Below, one piece after another: positions 60,223 to 64,000 of a stretch of 64,000 nucleotides of DNA (position 1 is its first letter; every line of letters begins with the position of its first letter). The notes under the pieces are model-generated. The model had not been told where the DNA came from, did no database searches, and saw only the letters and a list, made by a program, of their open reading frames with translations. Both the position numbers and the translations under genes were made by a program. The DNA lies in the NCBI GenBank assembly GCA_030390025.1, contig CM059432.1, positions 89,406,001 to 89,470,000 of the forward strand. Direction: 5' to 3'. Source of the stretch: Squalus acanthias (taxonomy: Eukaryota).

Positions 60223-60424
60223 ATTACATTTTGGTAGGAAGAATAGGGAGGTCACTTATTACTTGGAGGGTGCGAGACTAGGTGAGGTAGAGGAACAAAG
60301 GGATCTCAGAGTACAAATACACAAATCGCTAAAAGTTGCGACACAGGTTAGCAAGGCCATAAAAAAAGGACAAAAATGAGAAGTCGCACAACACCAGGTT
60401 ATAGTCCAACAGATTTATTTAATT

Positions 60425-60463
60425 TTACAAGCTTTCGAAGCAGTTCGCTCCTTCGTCAGGTAA
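60425..60463 (-). ncRNA. Minimal hammerhead ribozyme (left arm)
   Basis: TTAC-CTGACGA-a-GGAGC gaact GCTTC-GAAA-GC-TT-GTAA on the - strand. Confidence 0.75.
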
Positions 60464-60680
60464 GTTAGTAATGAGAGAATCTCCCAGAATTCACAATTTA
60501 AACACAGACAAAATCTATTCACATTTTTCCTACAACAAAGAGCACAGCCAAGACAATGAGATGTGTCCCAGGGGGTCCAAAGTGTCAAACCACCTGCTGG
60601 CTGCATATCCTGTCAATTTGTGTTCTTGTGTTAGTCTTTTAAAAAAAAAAACACCTGGGAAGACCGGCCATGATGTCAAG

Positions 60681-61387
60681 TCACGTTCTGTATCGTGACA
60701 TGAACCCAATATCGCGATTGAGGCCATCCTCATGAGTGCGGAACTTGGCTATCAGTTTCTGCTCTATGATTTTGCGCTGTCGTGTATCTCGAAGGCCGCC
60801 TTGGAGAACGCTTACCCGCAGATCCGAGGCTGAATGCCCCTGGCTGCTGAAGTGTTCCCCGACTGGGAGGCAACCCTCCTGCCTGGCGATTGTTGCGCGG
60901 TGTCCGTTCATACGTTGTCTCAGTGTCTGCATGGTCTCGCCGATGTACCATGCTCTGGAGCATCCTTTACTGCAACGTATCAGGTAGACAACGTTGGCCG
61001 AGTCACATGAGTATGTACCGTGTACCTGGTGGGTAGTGTCCTCACGTGTAATGATGGTATCTGTGTCCATGATTTGGCATGTCTTGCAGAGGTTGCCGTG
61101 GCAGGGTTGTGTGGTGTCTTGGTTGCTGTTCTCCTGAAAGATGGGTAATCTGCTGCGAACGATGGTACTTTTGAGGTTAGGCGGCTGCTTGAAGGCGAGT
61201 AGTGGAGGCGTGGGGATGGCCTTAGCAAGGTGTTCGTCGTCATCGATGACATGTTGAAAGCTGCGAAGAACATGGCGTAGTTTTTCCGCTCCGGGGAAGT
61301 ACTGGACGACGTAGGGTACTCTATTGGTTGTGTCCCGTGTTCGTCTTCTGAGGAGGTCTATGCGGTTTTTCGCTGTGGCCCGTCGGA
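60681..61387 (-). CDS. Penelope ORF C-terminus: Cys-rich linker plus GIY-YIG endonuclease (open fragment)
   Basis: PCHGNLCKTC, NVVYLIRC...WYIGETMQTLRQRMNGH and EQKLI..F...GLN. The ORF-track N-terminus beyond 61387 is an artefact of the inversion junction. Confidence 0.88.
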
Positions 61388-61985
61388 ATACCTTCATTAC
61401 ACGTGAGGACACTACCCACCAGGTACACGGTACATACTCATGTGACTCGGCCAACGTTGTCTACCTGATACGTTGCAGTAAAGGATGCTCCAGAGCATGG
61501 TACATCGGCGAGACCATGCAGACACTGAGACAACGTATGAACGGACACCGCACAACAATCGCCAGGCAGGAGGGTTGCCTCCCAGTCTGGGGAACACTTC
61601 AGCAGCCAGGGGCATTCAGCCTCGGATCTGCGGGTAAGCGTTCTCCAAGGCGGCCTTCGAGATACACGACAGCGCAAAATCATAGAGCAGAAACTGATAG
61701 CCAAGTTCCGCACTCATGAGGATGGCCTCAATCGCGATATCGGGTTCATGTCACGATACAGAACGTGACTTGACATCATGGCCGGTCTTCCCAGGTGTTT
61801 TTTTTTTAAAAAGACTAACACAAGAACACAAATTGACAGGATATGCAGCCAGCAGGTGGTTTGACACTTTGGACCCCCTGGGACACATCTCATTGTCTTG
61901 GCTGTGCTCTTTGTTGTAGGAAAAATGTGAATAGATTTTGTCTGTGTTTAAATTGTGAATTCTGGGAGATTCTCTCATTGCTAAC

Positions 61986-62024
61986 TTATCTGACGAAGGA
62001 GCGAACTGCTTCGAAAGCTTGTAA
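61986..62024 (+). ncRNA. Minimal hammerhead ribozyme (right arm)
   Basis: TTAT-CTGACGA-a-GGAGC gaact GCTTC-GAAA-GC-TT-GTAA; U.G wobble in stem I. Confidence 0.72.
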
Positions 62025-63262
62025 AATTAAATAAATCTGTTGGACTATAACCTGGTGTTGTGCGACTTCTCATTTTTGTCCACCCCAGTCCAACGCCGGC
62101 ATCTCCACATCATAAAAAAAGGAAGCCAAGCACTAGGGTTTATTTCTAGAGGGATAGAATTGAAAAGTAGGGAAGTTATGCTAAACCTGTATTGAACCTT
62201 GGTTAGACCACACTTAGAGTACTGTGTACAGTTCTGGTTGCCATATTATAAAAAGGATACAGAGACACTGGAGAGGGTGCAGACAAGATTTACAAGGATA
62301 ATACCAGAAATGCGAGGGTATACATATCAGGAAAGGATGAACAGGCTGGGTCTCTTTTCTCTTGAAAAAAGAAGGCTGAGGGGTGACCTAATAGAGGTCT
62401 TTAAAATTATGAAAGGTTTTGATAGAGTGGATACAGAGAGAATGTTTCTACTTGTGGGAAATATCATAACTAAAGGCCATCCATATAAGATAGTCACCAA
62501 GAAATCCAATAGGGAATTCAGAAGAAACTTCTTTACCCAAAGAGTGGTGAGAATGTGGAACTCGCTACCACAGGGAGCGGTTTAAGTGAATAGTATAGAT
62601 GCATTTAAAGGGAGGCTAGACAAGCATATGAGGGAAAAGGAAATAGAGGGCTATGCTGATAGATTTAGATGAGGAAAAACAAGAGGAGGCTCAAGTGGAG
62701 CATAAACGCCAGCAGGGACTGATTGGGCCAAATGGCCTGTTTCTGTGCCGTATATCCTATGTAATCCTATGTAGTGCCCTTGCTGTTGCTTGTCAGCCAG
62801 CCAGTCCCAACTGCTGCTGCCCATGTTGAGGTGGTGCAGTCTGAAGCCGGGCCTTCTAGGCTCAGAGCTGCTCGAGGTCATCCTGCAAGGCCATTTGCAG
62901 TCTCCGCCACTGAAAGTCAGCAGGTTTCCACCAGCCATGCTGTAGCCTCTGGGGTAGTACGGCATAGGAGCACTAGGACAGGCAAAGGCACACGGAAGAC
63001 AGGCACTAAAGGAATGCACAAAGGTGATTAGTTGTCATTCGTATGCAATATGGTATGGTTTCATTTATAAATTTGGTTTGGAATGTTTCTTTTGTGTTGG
63101 CTTTTTTTTTGCATTGTGGCCCTTTGCACTGTGATGGTCAGTAACAGAGGGGAGGTAAGGTGTGGGACTGTTGTTGAATGTGGAATTGGAGTTGCGTTTA
63201 CTGGTATTGCAGCCAGATGAGTCAGTCACAGACAGCCCAGTCAGAAAGAGACTGTCTGGGCT

Positions 63263-63280
63263 GCCTCCTCCCTTCCTCTT

Positions 63281-63311
<31 letters not shown>

Positions 63312-63361
63312 TTCCTCTCCTCCTCCTCCTCCTCCTCCTCCCTTTCTCTTCCTCCTCCGCC
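63263..63361. repeat. (TCC)n microsatellite
   Basis: About 30 imperfect TCC units at the position of the transposase poly-Glu tract. Confidence 0.9.
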
Positions 63362-63470
63362 TTACAACAGTGACTACACTCCAAAAGTACTTCATTGGCT
63401 GTAAAGCGCTTTGAGAATTCCGCTGGTCGTGAAAGACACTATATAAATGCAAGTCTTTCTTTTCTTTCTT
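63362..63470 (+). mobile_element. SINE 3' fragment
   Basis: ttacaacagtgactacact...ctatataaatgcaagtctttc, the same tail as the SINEs at 2321 and 45220. Confidence 0.85.
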
Positions 63471-64000
63471 TCCTCCTTTTTGTCCTCCTGCTCCTCAGCT
63501 GATCGCCATATGGCTGGTGGCAAGGGATGTGCCCTCATGGTGGCGAGTACTGTAGGTCTCCTTCAGAGCGGTTCAGGCAGCGGAAGGGTTGCTTCAGCAC
63601 GCCAATAACGTGCTCGATGATGTTTCGTGTGGCAGTATGGCTTTCGTTATCTGAATGCTGCCCACGTGTGCAGGAGTTGCACACTGGAATCATGAGCCAT
63701 GTTGTTAATGGATAGCCCTTGTCTCCCAGTAGCCACCCTCTGGTTTGTCATGGTGGCTCAAATGCAGATGGGACAGCGGACTGACACAGAATGAAGGCAT
63801 CATGACTGCTGCCACGATACACGCATTCACTTGCATGATTCGTTGAGTATGGTCACAAACCAGCTGGACATTGAGGGAGTGCAGTACATCTCAGAGTTGA
63901 AATGCAGTGCCTGCAAAGCAATGTGTGTGTAATCAATGGCACCCTGCACCATGGGGAGCATGCAATCCTGGCAAAGCCGTGTGCTCACTCCACCTGCTGC

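Larger units (their letters stand above)
60371..62110. mobile_element. Penelope-like element, inverted-repeat insertion with 3' tail
   Basis: Arms 60368-61059 and 61388-62081 are near-identical reverse complements. ~29-nt unpaired tail. 13-bp TSD CATAAAAAAAGGA (60358-70, 62111-23). Confidence 0.95.
60223..62772 (+). mobile_element. CR1 3' fragment interrupted by Penelope
   Basis: HFGRKN...EQRDL, then VRPHLEYCVQFW...FFTQRVVRMWNSLP; (ATCCTATGT)n tail. Confidence 0.92.
58596..64000 (+). mobile_element. PIF/Harbinger copy D (family A), multiply interrupted, runs off the window
   Basis: Myb exons at 58925-59973 and 62773-63031. Transposase on - from ~63180 to the end ([24 protein letters not shown]). 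Confidence 0.85.

Overview
This is eukaryotic, repeat-dense DNA with no host protein-coding gene I can recognise, so it is either a gene desert or the interior of a large intron. The repeat content points to a cartilaginous fish (shark/ray). That is an inference from the CR1 LINEs with (ATTCTATG)n/(TTCTTATG)n-type tails, the L2 LINEs, the tRNA-derived SINEs with L2-type tails, the Penelope-like elements and the many PIF/Harbinger DNA transposons. Most long ORFs in the track are LINE reverse-transcriptase or endonuclease fragments, Penelope GIY-YIG fragments, decayed Harbinger transposase or Myb/SANT genes, or antisense shadows of these. Highlights: (1) five minimal hammerhead-ribozyme motifs in Penelope-related sequence, including ~100-135 bp ribozyme-headed inserts with their own target-site duplications (TSDs); (2) a young 1.74-kb palindromic Penelope insertion; (3) a ~760-bp Harbinger MITE present twice, carrying hairpins and an array of consensus splice donors; (4) a CpG-rich 1.65-kb TG...CA element with a 4-bp TSD, probably a solo LTR; (5) several Harbinger copies from which a three-exon Myb/SANT gene can be rebuilt; (6) a young CR1 with a duplicated, A>G-biased 3' tail. 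Coordinates were read by eye and may be off by a few bases. No database searches were run.
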